Below are positions 37,797 through 48,483 of a stretch of 64,000 bases of DNA, piece by piece (the first letter of the stretch is position 1; every line of letters begins with the position of its first letter). This DNA is from Cyanobacteriota bacterium (lineage in GTDB: Bacteria; Cyanobacteriota; Cyanobacteriia; Thermostichales; Thermostichaceae). The translations under genes were made by a program, and so were the position numbers. The stretch is from the NCBI GenBank assembly GCA_033764955.1, contig JANRIL010000011.1:82638-146637 (forward strand). The letters run 5' to 3'. The notes below the pieces were generated by a model that did not search any database, was not told where the DNA came from, and worked only from the letters and a program-made list of their open reading frames with translations.

Positions 37797-38183
37797 TTAA
37801 GATTCCCGGTCAGACAATTGATCAGCGACTTCCCGATAAAGGATACTCACCCGATTGTCAGCCAAGCGGTAGTAAACCATCCGACCTCGCTTTTCGTAGC
37901 TGACTAGCCGCATCGACCTTAGCACCCGCAATTGATGTGATACCGCCGACTCTCCCATCTTCACCACCGCCGCCAGATCGCAGACACATAATTCCTGGTT
38001 TGCCAGTGCCGACAGGATCCGCAACCGATTGGGATCCGCTAGCAACCCAAACAACTCGGCCATCTGCTGTGCTTTTTCTATGGGCAAGACTTCCGGCTGC
38101 ACTTGGCGGACATGCTCTAGATCCACGAGATGCTGATCACACACAGGGGCATCTGCAGAGTCAGAGCGAGCAAGACTAGACAT
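37797..38183 (-). CDS. ArsR/SmtB (ZiaR-like) repressor
   Basis: ELCVCDLA, SAVSHQLR; divergent from the ATPase gene. Confidence 0.92.
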   Translation of the reverse strand: MSSLARSDSADAPVCDQHLVDLEHVRQVQPEVLPIEKAQQMAELFGLLADPNRLRILSALANQELCVCDLAAVVKMGESAVSHQLRVLRSMRLVSYEKRGRMVYYRLADNRVSILYREVADQLSDRES

Positions 38184-38228
38184 GAAAGGGTTCAGAAGGG
38201 ATCGTCTAGCCCAGTATAAATCCTGGAA

Positions 38229-38261
38229 TGAGAATCATTATAAGTCTGAATATCTATTCAG
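38229..38261. promoter_or_regulatory. Fur/Zur-like box next to an SmtB-type operator
   Basis: TGAGAATCATTATAA (38229-38243) and CTGAATATCTATTCAG (38246-38261). Confidence 0.65.
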
Positions 38262-38303
38262 GTGTTGTGATATTCTGGCGAAGACTTACAGGCAGGGATC
38301 CCT

Positions 38304-40487
38304 ATGCTCTCCTCTCAGAGAAAGACCCAGCGATTTCAGATCAGCGGCATGGATTGCGGCAGTTGCGCAGCAAAGATCGAAGATGCCATCCAGAAACTGG
38401 CTGGGGTGAGTCAGGTGTCGGTGAGTTTTGCCACTGAGCGAATGCAGGTGGGTTATGACCCGACGCAGGTGAGCGAAGCAGCCATCCAAGAGCGGATCCA
38501 GTCACTGGGGTATCGAGTCACAGATCCAGAAGATCTTGTTCGCGCCAGCGTGCCACAGCATTCCCACGATCATCAGAGTCACGATCACAATGATGAGGAT
38601 CATGGGCATAGCCGCGGCGATCCGGAAGCCTTTAGCCTCAAACAAGAGATCGCGGTGGTTGTTGGGGTGGTGGTGCTGTTTCTGGTGGGCTTTATTTTTG
38701 AGGATCCCCTGCACAACACGCCCTACTCGATAGCGGAATACTTGGTGTTTATCCCGGCCTATTTACTGAGTGGTTGGGGAGTGCTCTACAGTGCTATTCG
38801 TAATCTCTATCGCGGCAGAGTTTTTGATGAAAACTTTTTGATGTCAATTGCTACCTTAGGCGGGATCGCTGTCCATAAACTGCCGGAAGCAGTGGCGGTG
38901 ATGTTGTTCTACCGAATTGGCGAATTGTTTCAAGAAGCTGCTGTTAATCGGTCACGCCGTTCGATCAAAGCGTTGCTGGAAGTGCGTCCTGACTATGCCA
39001 ATTTACAAACCGCCACTGGGATCCAAAAAGTAGCTCCAGACACAGTGCAAGTAGGGCAGATCATCAGCGTCAATCCTGGGGAAAAGATCCCGCTCGATGG
39101 GGACGTGATCTCTGGACATTCGTTTTTGGATACTTCAGCTTTGACGGGCGAATCTGTACCGCGTGAGGTGCAGCCTGGTGAAACCGTTTCAGCTGGGATG
39201 ATCAACCAATCAGGGGTGATCACGATCAAGGTTTCCAAACTATTTGGCGAGTCATCGATCTCCAAAATCCTCAGCCTGGTTGAGAATGCCACCACCCGTA
39301 AGGCAGAAACCGAGAAGTTTATCAGTCAGTTTGCCAGGATCTACACTCCAATTGTGGTAACTCTGGCAGTGGCAGTGGCGATTGTGCCGACGTTGCTGAT
39401 CCCTGGGGCGATATTTTCGGAGTGGGTGTATCGTGCCTTGATCTTGCTGGTAATCTCCTGTCCTTGTGGATTGGTGATTAGCATTCCGTTGGGGTATTTC
39501 GGGGGAATTGGAGCCGCTGCTAAGCGTGGGATCCTGGTCAAAGGATCTACTTTTTTGGATGTGCTGACTCAAGTCAAAACGGTAGTGTTTGATAAGACGG
39601 GAACACTCACGAAAGGAAACTTTATTGTTACTCAGATCATTCCTTATCAAGGGTTTGATAGAGATAAATTGCTTCGGATCGCGGCTCAAGCAGAAGCCAG
39701 TTCTAATCATCCAGTAGCGAAATCGATTCGGGCAGCTTATGGTCAGCCTGTCGATCCCTCACTCAATGGGAGCTATCAAGAGATTCCTGGACACGGGATC
39801 CGCACCTGGATCGATGGCTTGGTGGTGTTGGCAGGTAATGATCGCTTGCTTCATCGAGAAGGGATCCCTCATGACACTTGCAAAAGGGAAGGTACAGTGG
39901 TTCATATTGCAATTGGTGCTCAGTATGCAGGCTATATCCTGATTGCCGATGAACTCAAATCTGATGCGGCCCAAGCGATTCGAGATCTGAAAGCAGTGGG
40001 TGTTGAGAAAACAGTGATGCTCACTGGAGATAACCAACTCACCGCCAAGCAAGTGGCAGCCACGTTGGGGTTGGATGAGGTTAGAGCCGATCTTTTGCCC
40101 GAAGGAAAGGTAGCGGCATTAGAAGAAATTCTCAAGGCCGCAGACCCAAATTCTAAAACTGTTTTCGTGGGGGATGGCATTAACGACGCGCCCGTGATCG
40201 CTCGTGCCGATGTGGGCATAGCCATGGGGGGGTTAGGATCCGATGCAGCGATTGAAACGGCAGATGTGGTGATCATGACGGATGCGCCATCCAAAGTGGC
40301 AGAAGCGATCCGAGTCAGCCGCAAAACTCGTCACATTGTGGTGCAAAACATTGTGCTGGCAATGACGGTGAAGGGGCTATTTATCCTACTGGGATCCTTT
40401 GGATTAGCTTCGTTATGGGAAGCGATTTTTGCCGACGTAGGGGTGGCGTTGCTAGCTATCTTGAATGCCGCTCGTGTGATGAAGTAG
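38304..40487 (+). CDS. P1B-type Zn/Cd-exporting ATPase (ZiaA/CadA-like)
   Basis: GMDCGSC, His-rich linker, CPC, DKTGT, GDGIND. Confidence 0.95.
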   Translation: MLSSQRKTQRFQISGMDCGSCAAKIEDAIQKLAGVSQVSVSFATERMQVGYDPTQVSEAAIQERIQSLGYRVTDPEDLVRASVPQHSHDHQSHDHNDEDHGHSRGDPEAFSLKQEIAVVVGVVVLFLVGFIFEDPLHNTPYSIAEYLVFIPAYLLSGWGVLYSAIRNLYRGRVFDENFLMSIATLGGIAVHKLPEAVAVMLFYRIGELFQEAAVNRSRRSIKALLEVRPDYANLQTATGIQKVAPDTVQVGQIISVNPGEKIPLDGDVISGHSFLDTSALTGESVPREVQPGETVSAGMINQSGVITIKVSKLFGESSISKILSLVENATTRKAETEKFISQFARIYTPIVVTLAVAVAIVPTLLIPGAIFSEWVYRALILLVISCPCGLVISIPLGYFGGIGAAAKRGILVKGSTFLDVLTQVKTVVFDKTGTLTKGNFIVTQIIPYQGFDRDKLLRIAAQAEASSNHPVAKSIRAAYGQPVDPSLNGSYQEIPGHGIRTWIDGLVVLAGNDRLLHREGIPHDTCKREGTVVHIAIGAQYAGYILIADELKSDAAQAIRDLKAVGVEKTVMLTGDNQLTAKQVAATLGLDEVRADLLPEGKVAALEEILKAADPNSKTVFVGDGINDAPVIARADVGIAMGGLGSDAAIETADVVIMTDAPSKVAEAIRVSRKTRHIVVQNIVLAMTVKGLFILLGSFGLASLWEAIFADVGVALLAILNAARVMK

Positions 40488-40553
40488 TCAATTTCATCTG
40501 GATTTCATCAGCGAATTGTCTAATTTAAGCTTTGAAGAAGTTGAGGAACTGAG

Positions 40554-41393
40554 ATGACCTATTCCTATTTGAATGAACCGGATCCCTGGCTATATTCATA
40601 CACTCGCCGGATTGTAGCGGTGTTATCGGCTCTGGGTGGATTGCTCACAGCCTATCTGACCTTGAGCAAGCTGACCGAACAGAAGGTAGCTTTTTGCACC
40701 AACAATGCCGGATGCGATCTGGTGCTGTCGAGCAAATGGGCTTGGTTTCTGGGAATGCCCACAGCCGCTCTGGGATTTTTGGGATTTACGGCGGTGTTTT
40801 TGCTAGCGGTGTTGCCCGATGGGATCCCGTTTCTGAAGCGATGGCGTTGGCCAGGGTTGTTTGCGACTACTACCTCGATGGCGGCTTTTGAAGTGTATAT
40901 GCTCTACCTGATGGTGGGGGTGCTGAAGCAGTTTTGTATGTATTGCACGGCAGCTATCCTTCTGGTGGCAGGATTGTGGTTGGTGACACTGCTGGGTCGG
41001 CGCTGGATTGATTGGGGGCAATTGGCATTCAGTGGAACGATCATAGCGCTAGCAACATTAGTTTTTACCGTGGGGGTTTATGCCACCCAAACTCCACCCC
41101 CCAGCCCATTGGCAAAAGGCTTAGCACTCCACCTGCAACAGACAGGCGGCACGATGTATGGAGCCTATTGGTGTCCCCACTGTGCGGAGCAAAAAGAGCT
41201 ATTCGGATCCGCGTTTAAGGATGTGCCTTATGTAGAATGCTCTCCCAACGGCCCTGGCACTCCCCAAGCTCAGGAATGTATCGATAAAGGAGTGGAAAGC
41301 TATCCCACTTGGTTCATCGGCGACAAGGTTTATCGAGGCGTGCAATCGTTAGAAAAACTTTCAGCCGCGTCCGGGTTTCAGGGAGCACCCTAG
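40554..41393 (+). CDS. VKOR-thioredoxin fusion (disulfide formation)
   Basis: VKOR Cys pair, CMYC, CPHC. Confidence 0.9.
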   Translation: MTYSYLNEPDPWLYSYTRRIVAVLSALGGLLTAYLTLSKLTEQKVAFCTNNAGCDLVLSSKWAWFLGMPTAALGFLGFTAVFLLAVLPDGIPFLKRWRWPGLFATTTSMAAFEVYMLYLMVGVLKQFCMYCTAAILLVAGLWLVTLLGRRWIDWGQLAFSGTIIALATLVFTVGVYATQTPPPSPLAKGLALHLQQTGGTMYGAYWCPHCAEQKELFGSAFKDVPYVECSPNGPGTPQAQECIDKGVESYPTWFIGDKVYRGVQSLEKLSAASGFQGAP

Positions 41394-41406
41394 CGGGAAA
41401 GCCATC

Positions 41407-41885
41407 ATGAAAAATCAGGGATTTTGGTTGGCAGCAGGGATTGGTATCTTGTTGGATGTTGCGACTAAAGAGTGGGCGATTCGGGGGTTGAAAACTGGCT
41501 CAGAGATTGTACTTTGGCCTGGGGTTTTTCACCTAACCTATGCTGAAAATCGTGGGGCAGCTTGGAGTTTATTTCGCGAGTCAGGGGGATTTCTGAAATG
41601 GATCTCACTCTTAGTATCCCTAGGGCTAATCAGTCTGGCACTCTGGGGAAGACCCTTGGGACGCTGGCAACAGATCGGCTATGGCCTGATTTTAGCGGGG
41701 GCAGTTTTGGCAATGGATTAGATCGTTTCTTGAAAGGGTATGTGGTCGATTGGCTGAATTTTACCCTGATCAACTTTCCTGTTTTTAATCTGGCAGATGT
41801 TGTCATTAATATAGGAGTGATTTGTTTACTCATCGGCCTCAGAAGCAAGCAATTGATAACTCAATCTCAGGAGATTCAATCATGA
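41407..41885 (+). pseudogene. lspA: Lipoprotein signal peptidase II with a frameshift near 41697-41710
   Basis: NRGAAWS in one frame; GN..DR, VVDW and FNLAD in another. Confidence 0.85.
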
Positions 41886-42655
41886 AAAACTTGACCCTAT
41901 TCTCATGGATCCTCATGCTAGGTACGCCTGTTGTATTGATGGGGTGTAACACTTTGGCTCAACAAAAACCAGTCCTGGATCCTGATCTAGAGTCGAAGGT
42001 TTTGCAGATCATCAAGAACAATCCCCAAGTGATCTTCGACTCCCTACAAGCCTATCAAAAAGAACAGCAAGACAAGCTCAAACAAGCTCAACAAAAAATC
42101 TTGCAGCAGATGCAAACCAATCCCCAATCGCTGATCGGCGACTCACCCACCAAGGGATCCATTGATCAAAAGATCATCCTGTTTGAATTTGCTGATTTTC
42201 AATGCCCTTTTTGTCAGAAAGTTAGCCCCACTGTCAAAGAGTTCTTGGCGAAAAATCCTGAGGTGGCCCTGGTTTATAAACACTTGCCTTTGGTTCAGAT
42301 CCATGAACAGGCCATCCCTGCTGCACTAGCATCCTGGGCTGCTCAACAACAAGGTAAATTCTGGGAGTATCACGACGCACTTTATCAAAATCAGAAAGAT
42401 CTGGGCGAAGCCACTTATCTCAAAATCGCTCAAGATCTTAAGCTTGATCTGGATAAATTCAATAAAGATCGAGCCAGCAGTGTAGCAAAAACAGCTATCC
42501 AGAACGATACCGAACTAGCTGAGAAGATCGGGTTACAGGGAACTCCCGCCTTTTTTCTAAATGGGGTTTCTCTAACAGGAGCACAACCTCTGGCTGCATT
42601 TGAAGCTGCCCTAGCTCAAGCTAAACAACTCAAGCCTGCTGCCAAAAAGCCCTAG
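41882..42655 (+). CDS. DsbA-family lipoprotein
   Basis: Lipobox-like LMGC, DFQCPFC, GTP. Confidence 0.9.
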   Translation: MKNLTLFSWILMLGTPVVLMGCNTLAQQKPVLDPDLESKVLQIIKNNPQVIFDSLQAYQKEQQDKLKQAQQKILQQMQTNPQSLIGDSPTKGSIDQKIILFEFADFQCPFCQKVSPTVKEFLAKNPEVALVYKHLPLVQIHEQAIPAALASWAAQQQGKFWEYHDALYQNQKDLGEATYLKIAQDLKLDLDKFNKDRASSVAKTAIQNDTELAEKIGLQGTPAFFLNGVSLTGAQPLAAFEAALAQAKQLKPAAKKP

Positions 42656-42661
42656 ATCAGC

Positions 42662-43966
42662 ATGACAAAATTTTCTGATCCTCAACCTCATAGGATCTCA
42701 CGTCTGCGTGGGGCAGGGTGCTGGCAGTGGGGATTGTCAGTATTAGCAGTTCTAGCAGGGGGAACAGTCCCCTGGATCGGATCTTGGCTATCTCAAGCGA
42801 TCTTGTTCCGAATGAGTAGGCTACGAGTTTGGTTGATTGGGATCCTTTGTTTAGCCATTCTATTTGTCTCACCCATTGGATCCGTTTTTGGGCAAACTGT
42901 AGATTCTCTAAAACAACAGCAAGAGCAAATTCGTCAACAGATGGATACTGTCAAAAATCGGTCTGAGGCTTTGCAGCAAAAAGAGACCCAAGCCCAACAA
43001 AAATTAGGGGCAATTCAGCAGGGAATTGATGTCACTGATACTCGGATCCAAGATAATCTATTTCGCCTCAAGAAAGCAGAGGAAGCCTTGGATCAACTAG
43101 GAAGAAAACTTCAAGAATCTGAAGCTAATCTTGCTCGACAAATAGCAGGCACAGAAGCTCGCCTACGCTACTTACAAAGACAGGGATCCGAAAAATGGTG
43201 GGCTTTATTATTAACTAGTAAAGATCTGAATCAGTTTTTTGATCGGCGCTATCAGATGAAGCTTTTGCTCGAAGCAGATCGGAGATTGATTACTCAGTTG
43301 CAAGAACAATCTCAGGACGTTACTGAGCAACGCATTAAAGTACAGGAACAAAGAAATGAGATTGCTTTACTCAACCAAGAATTAGAGATCCAACAAAATC
43401 AATTGGAGCAGCAAGCAACCACCCAACAGCAATTGATTAGTCGCCTAAAATCTGAGCGAACCGCCTATGAAGCCGCTCAACGGCGTTTAGAAGCAGACTC
43501 TGGACGGATTGAGCAAATGATCAACCAATTAATTCAACAGATGGCTGCTCAGCCATCTCAACAGGGGATCCCCGTGCGAGGCACCGGACAATTTCAGTTT
43601 CCTATCGCCGCGAGAGTGACCAGTCCTTTTGGAATGCGGATTCACCCAATTTATGGGATTCCTAAAATGCACAACGGTATCGATTTTGGCGCAGGATCCG
43701 GTGTACCTATCAAAGCCGCAGATCGAGCAACAGTTCTCTACGCAGGTTGGTATGGCGGCTATGGCAATACGGTGATCCTGAATCATGGCAATGGGTTGAC
43801 AACATTGTATGCCCACAACAGTTCCCTGGCTGTCAGCACAGGACAAGTAGTACAAAAAGGCCAGATGATTGCCAGAGTTGGATCTAGTGGCCTCTCGACA
43901 GGGCCACACGCTCATTTTGAAGTGCGGCAACGGGGGCGACCTGTCAATCCATTGTCGTATCTGTAG
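42662..43966 (+). CDS. EnvC-like coiled-coil M23 peptidase
   Basis: HNGID, YAH, HAHFE; real start probably later. Confidence 0.88.
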   Translation: MTKFSDPQPHRISRLRGAGCWQWGLSVLAVLAGGTVPWIGSWLSQAILFRMSRLRVWLIGILCLAILFVSPIGSVFGQTVDSLKQQQEQIRQQMDTVKNRSEALQQKETQAQQKLGAIQQGIDVTDTRIQDNLFRLKKAEEALDQLGRKLQESEANLARQIAGTEARLRYLQRQGSEKWWALLLTSKDLNQFFDRRYQMKLLLEADRRLITQLQEQSQDVTEQRIKVQEQRNEIALLNQELEIQQNQLEQQATTQQQLISRLKSERTAYEAAQRRLEADSGRIEQMINQLIQQMAAQPSQQGIPVRGTGQFQFPIAARVTSPFGMRIHPIYGIPKMHNGIDFGAGSGVPIKAADRATVLYAGWYGGYGNTVILNHGNGLTTLYAHNSSLAVSTGQVVQKGQMIARVGSSGLSTGPHAHFEVRQRGRPVNPLSYL

Positions 43967-43989
43967 TAGTCCCACTTGTAGTATTTGTA

Positions 43990-45366
43990 GTGTTTGTTAA
44001 CGTTGCGTGTGAGGAAAGAGTATTGACTCGAAACCTATTGATCCGACCAGACAAGGATCTGATCCAAGAATCTGCTGAAGCTAAATTCCCACCACCCCAG
44101 CCTTTGCCATCCTTAAAATTTCAGATGATCGCTTTGATCTGCTTGTTTCAGATGGCAAGACCCATGTCACAGCAGGATCTGACGGCAGTACTGGAGCCTG
44201 AGGATAGCGCTTCAGATCAACACTCATCAGATTCATCCCCTCATCGACCATCAGTTTTGATTACAGCCATCGCTGCCGCGCTTGGCCTCTCTGGGGGAGT
44301 GGTATTGATACCTGATACTCCCACCGAAATGATTTCTCCATCTTCCGAAACCTTGACAGCAGTTCTACAACAAAATTATCAAACCAAGCAGATCCAGGCA
44401 GAAGCCTTTCTAGAGTCGGGATCCCTGACACCGCTACCAGGGATCCGCCAACACACCCTTCAAGCAGGCGAAACTCTCTGGGCGCTAACTCAGATCTATC
44501 AAGTCGATGCCGCCGCCATTGCGGTTGCCAACAACATCACCGCTCAAACCTCTTTAGAACCTGGACAGATCCTTGCTATTCCGACCCAACCAGGCATCAT
44601 TTATACGGTCAAGGCTAGAGATACCTTAGAAACAATTGCTCAGCGATTTAAGGTGGCTCAAACAGACATCATTCAAGCCACACCTCTAACCACGCCCAAT
44701 TTCTTGCAGATTGGACAACAACTGCTAATTCCTGGTGATGTCAAACAACTCCTCACGCTGCAACGTGAACCTCAACCCATGGCCACCCAGCCCCAGCCCA
44801 TTCAAAAATCCCCTTTTACGCATACTGTTCAGGCAGGAGAAACAGTAGAGCGGATTGCCTCGCTCTATGGTGTGACCCAGCAGGCGATCATCCAGGTCAA
44901 TCAGTTAGCCAATCCAGGCTGGTTGTCGCTAGGACAAAAACTGACGATTCCTGATCCAGTCACCCAAATTCCCCCTTTTGCCCAGGCTAATTCAGGATTT
45001 ACCTGGCCTGTAGCGGGTCAAATGACCTCTCGATATGGTTGGCGGTGGGGGCGAATGCACACCGGAGTAGACATTGCAGGAGCAGTGGGATCTCCTGTAG
45101 CCGCAGTCATGGCAGGAACCATAATTTTCGCAGGGGATCAAGGAGATGGATATGGTCAACGAGTCGATATTCAACATGCCAACGGGTTGATCACTCGCTA
45201 TGCCCACGGCAATCAGATCTATGTATCACTTGGGCAGCACGTGCAACAAGGTCAACCCGTGATGAGTCGCGGCACATCCGGCTTTGTCACAGGCCCTAAC
45301 CTGCATTTTGAGGTGCGCTCCGCTGCCAATGTGGCGCTTAATCCCAGCGAGTACCTCAACCGATGA
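43990..45366 (+). CDS. LysM-repeat M23 peptidase (NlpD-like)
   Basis: Three LysM repeats, HTGVD, NLHFE; start uncertain. Confidence 0.88.
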   Translation: MFVNVACEERVLTRNLLIRPDKDLIQESAEAKFPPPQPLPSLKFQMIALICLFQMARPMSQQDLTAVLEPEDSASDQHSSDSSPHRPSVLITAIAAALGLSGGVVLIPDTPTEMISPSSETLTAVLQQNYQTKQIQAEAFLESGSLTPLPGIRQHTLQAGETLWALTQIYQVDAAAIAVANNITAQTSLEPGQILAIPTQPGIIYTVKARDTLETIAQRFKVAQTDIIQATPLTTPNFLQIGQQLLIPGDVKQLLTLQREPQPMATQPQPIQKSPFTHTVQAGETVERIASLYGVTQQAIIQVNQLANPGWLSLGQKLTIPDPVTQIPPFAQANSGFTWPVAGQMTSRYGWRWGRMHTGVDIAGAVGSPVAAVMAGTIIFAGDQGDGYGQRVDIQHANGLITRYAHGNQIYVSLGQHVQQGQPVMSRGTSGFVTGPNLHFEVRSAANVALNPSEYLNR

Positions 45367-46166
45367 ACAGGATTGCCCAATGGCCTGCCCCGATCCGGAT
45401 TGGCCTCTTTTTGTTCGGGCTATTGATCCTATGGTTGCCTGTGGTCGGGATCCTTTATGTACTGGGTGGGGAAGCCGCCGCAACGTCTTTGGGATCAGTG
45501 GTGATCTTGTATGGCGAGTTTGTAGGACTTATTGGGGTGTGGGATCGGTGTGTGTATAAAACCCCTCAGCCATTCATCCAGCATGGGTTGGTCTTTAACT
45601 GCACAAACGGGTTGGAGTTTCTGTTTGGTTTGGGGCTAGGCATGATCAGCCTAGTTTGTCTCTTCGCAACTGAAGGAGTCATGGGTTGGCTGACTTGGCA
45701 AGGGATCCCTTCTACTCAGGTGATCCTGGAGGGCTTGCTCGTGTCAGTAGGGGTAGCCTGGGCGGAAGAATTGCTGTTTCGCGGTTGGTTGCTCGATGAG
45801 TTGCGACGGGATTATCAAGGGGCGGTGTGGATCAGCAGTAGTCTTTACGCGCTCCTGCATTTCATCAAACCTTGGGAAGAGATCATTCGTACTCTCCCTA
45901 GTTTCCCAGGCTTGCTGCTGTTGGGATTGTTGCTAGGTTGGGCAAGACAGCAACAGCAAGGACGATTGGGGTTAGCCATCGGGATCCATGCCGGATTGGT
46001 GTGGGGCTATTACCTGATCCAGGTGGAAGACCTAGTGCGTTATTCGGGTGCTGTGCCGACCTGGGTAACCGGGATCGATCACAATCCTCTGGCGGGTGGG
46101 GTGGGACTGGTATTTCTCGCTCTGCTGAGCCTGATCGTCACTAGAGGGATCCGATGGTTGGCATGA
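45363..46166 (+). CDS. CPBP/Abi intramembrane protease
   Basis: EELLFRG, YALLH, GIHAG. Confidence 0.88.
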   Translation: MNRIAQWPAPIRIGLFLFGLLILWLPVVGILYVLGGEAAATSLGSVVILYGEFVGLIGVWDRCVYKTPQPFIQHGLVFNCTNGLEFLFGLGLGMISLVCLFATEGVMGWLTWQGIPSTQVILEGLLVSVGVAWAEELLFRGWLLDELRRDYQGAVWISSSLYALLHFIKPWEEIIRTLPSFPGLLLLGLLLGWARQQQQGRLGLAIGIHAGLVWGYYLIQVEDLVRYSGAVPTWVTGIDHNPLAGGVGLVFLALLSLIVTRGIRWLA

Positions 46167-47662
46167 AAGGGATCCACCGAATTGGACTGCTGGTGCTATC
46201 CATCGTATTGCTTTGCTTGGGATCTCCTAACCGTTGGATCCATTGGTTCCCTGGAGCTTTGCTGGGCATTGCCATTCTATTTCTAGTTATCTGGCAGATG
46301 CCTTTCTGGGCAAAAGTCCGTTATAGCTTTGGGGTCTGGTTCCTATTTTGCTTGTTCCTTTTCTTGCCAGATCTCACTTCCGTAAAAGTGCTGGGAGTTA
46401 GGGAGATCATCGGAGGAATCTTGATCGCTCCGGTTCTGCCGATATTTTACCTAGCTGCAACTGTATTAAGTCTGGAGTTCACAAAAAAATGCCCTCTGGG
46501 GATCCGACCCTTGGCAATGGCAACTGTCTGGACTGCATTGGATGGATGGTTGGGGCTAATCTGGTTTCCCATCCCGTTTCACTGGGGGTCGTTGCTTTAT
46601 GACTGGCCTTTAGGGATCCAGATTGCTGACCTATCAGGCATTTGGGGCGTGACTTTTTTTGCGGTGCTTGTGAATGCTTCCTTGGCAAGTTTAGTCGTGG
46701 GATTCCTGCAAGGTCTGAGGGGTATTCGCTGGGTGAGTGGGATCTTGATAAGCTTCACTGTTGCCGTGGTAGGGTACGGATCCGTTCAGCTTTGGCACTA
46801 TGACAGGCCAAGCGAATCCTTAATTCAAGTGGGAACTGTGCAACCGATGGCTTGGTTCGAGACCGAGGATCGCAGTTGGACTTATCGAGAACAGCGGTAC
46901 AAGGATCTATTGAAACTCTCCCAGCAGGGTGTTGCTCAGGGGGCTGAATTGATCATTTGGCCGGAAGGAGCTTTACGAGCAAAGTTAGTGAATACTCCTT
47001 TGGAACCCTATTTGCTCAATCAACTGAAGCCGATTCTCTCCCCTAGCGGATCCTGGATCACAGGCGCTGCTGAGCCGGATCCTCGTTATAGCCAGTTGTC
47101 AGAGCCAGAACAGAAATTGAACAATGCAGCTCTTCTGTACGATGCTACAGGCCAGTTGCAAGATCGCTTTGGTAAGCAGTGGTTGTTTCCTTTTTTCGAG
47201 ACGCAACGCTACATCCCTTCTGTGGCGGGCTACCAACCGATGCGTGGATCCGCTGCATGGGGAGTGATGATCTGTCTAGAAAGCGTTTTGCCTTCTCCTA
47301 GTCGCCAGTTGGTCAAAAATGGTGCTCAAGTGTTGATCGCTATTTCCGATGACAGTTGGTTTGGTAATAGTCATTGGCCTAAGCTGCATGGCATCCTGTC
47401 GGTGTTTCGTGCTATCGAAAATCGCCGTAGTTTCATCTTTGTCAACAATACAGGAGGCAATCTGATCGTCGATCCATCGGGTCGGATCCAGCAGCAGGGT
47501 GAGATCTTCCAACGGGATGTGGTTGTAGGTCAGGTGGTAGCGCGAGATGAAATCACGCTTTTTAATCAGGTGGGGGAAGGCTGGATCCTGTTGGCGCTAA
47601 GCAGTGGACTTGCTTGGAGTTGGATGCAGTATGGTTCCTTAAGGAGAAGTCACTCAGGATGA
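46154..47662 (+). CDS. lnt: Apolipoprotein N-acyltransferase (second copy)
   Basis: Paralog of 25399-26946. Confidence 0.88.
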   Translation: MVGMKGIHRIGLLVLSIVLLCLGSPNRWIHWFPGALLGIAILFLVIWQMPFWAKVRYSFGVWFLFCLFLFLPDLTSVKVLGVREIIGGILIAPVLPIFYLAATVLSLEFTKKCPLGIRPLAMATVWTALDGWLGLIWFPIPFHWGSLLYDWPLGIQIADLSGIWGVTFFAVLVNASLASLVVGFLQGLRGIRWVSGILISFTVAVVGYGSVQLWHYDRPSESLIQVGTVQPMAWFETEDRSWTYREQRYKDLLKLSQQGVAQGAELIIWPEGALRAKLVNTPLEPYLLNQLKPILSPSGSWITGAAEPDPRYSQLSEPEQKLNNAALLYDATGQLQDRFGKQWLFPFFETQRYIPSVAGYQPMRGSAAWGVMICLESVLPSPSRQLVKNGAQVLIAISDDSWFGNSHWPKLHGILSVFRAIENRRSFIFVNNTGGNLIVDPSGRIQQQGEIFQRDVVVGQVVARDEITLFNQVGEGWILLALSSGLAWSWMQYGSLRRSHSG

Positions 47663-48318
47663 GGATCTCGATGAGTCAGAGCGCAATCTTTAGAGAAGCC
47701 ATAGTCTGGTTCAGTTGTTTTGCCATGTCTTCGATCCCGATGACCGCTCAAGCCGTGGAATCATCTGCTCCAGGCTTTGAGGAGATTCCGATCACCCTCA
47801 TGGATCGTTCCACAGGCATGAAGATCATCATCACCTCAGATGATCGGATTCAGATTGAGGATCCGCTGGCTGTTATTGCTCCGGTACCTACTCAACCCAT
47901 TCCCATGACTTCTGAGAAACCCCGCTTTCCGCTACCGAAGTCTGCCCCCATTACCTCTGCTGTGGGAATCCGAACGGATCCCTTTACAGGCCAGCCCCGT
48001 GTTCACCAAGGATTAGATCTCGGTGCGCCTCAAGGAACCCCTGTGCTGGCAGCCATGTCCGGTCAAGTGATCTTGGCAGGTGACAATGGCAACTTGGGCA
48101 TTGCTGCCGTGATTGCCCATGCTGGAGATCGGCGCACTCGCTACGGGCATATGTCTGAGGTAGTGGTGGCATCCGGCCAAACCGTTACGCAAGGAGAAGT
48201 GATCGGGTATGTCGGATCCACAGGTCGCTCGACTGGCCCCCATCTACACTTTGAACTATGGCAACGTTCTTCAGGATCCAATTGGACAGTGGTGGATGGA
48301 TCCACATTGATCCGGTGA
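47659..48318 (+). CDS. M23 peptidase
   Basis: HQGLD, YGH, HLHFE. Confidence 0.85.
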   Translation: MRISMSQSAIFREAIVWFSCFAMSSIPMTAQAVESSAPGFEEIPITLMDRSTGMKIIITSDDRIQIEDPLAVIAPVPTQPIPMTSEKPRFPLPKSAPITSAVGIRTDPFTGQPRVHQGLDLGAPQGTPVLAAMSGQVILAGDNGNLGIAAVIAHAGDRRTRYGHMSEVVVASGQTVTQGEVIGYVGSTGRSTGPHLHFELWQRSSGSNWTVVDGSTLIR

Positions 48319-48483
48319 ACAGATCTCACCTGAAACTGCTCTTGCCTTAGCGGTAACTTTGTCTTGTCTCATCTCCTCTACCGCAATTAACTGATGACAC
48401 GCCCTAGTCTTTTTCCACCATTTCATAGGTGCTGCTGGGCGTTAGTCCGCCGCTTCGAAAATTATTCCGTGATATCGGAGAGT

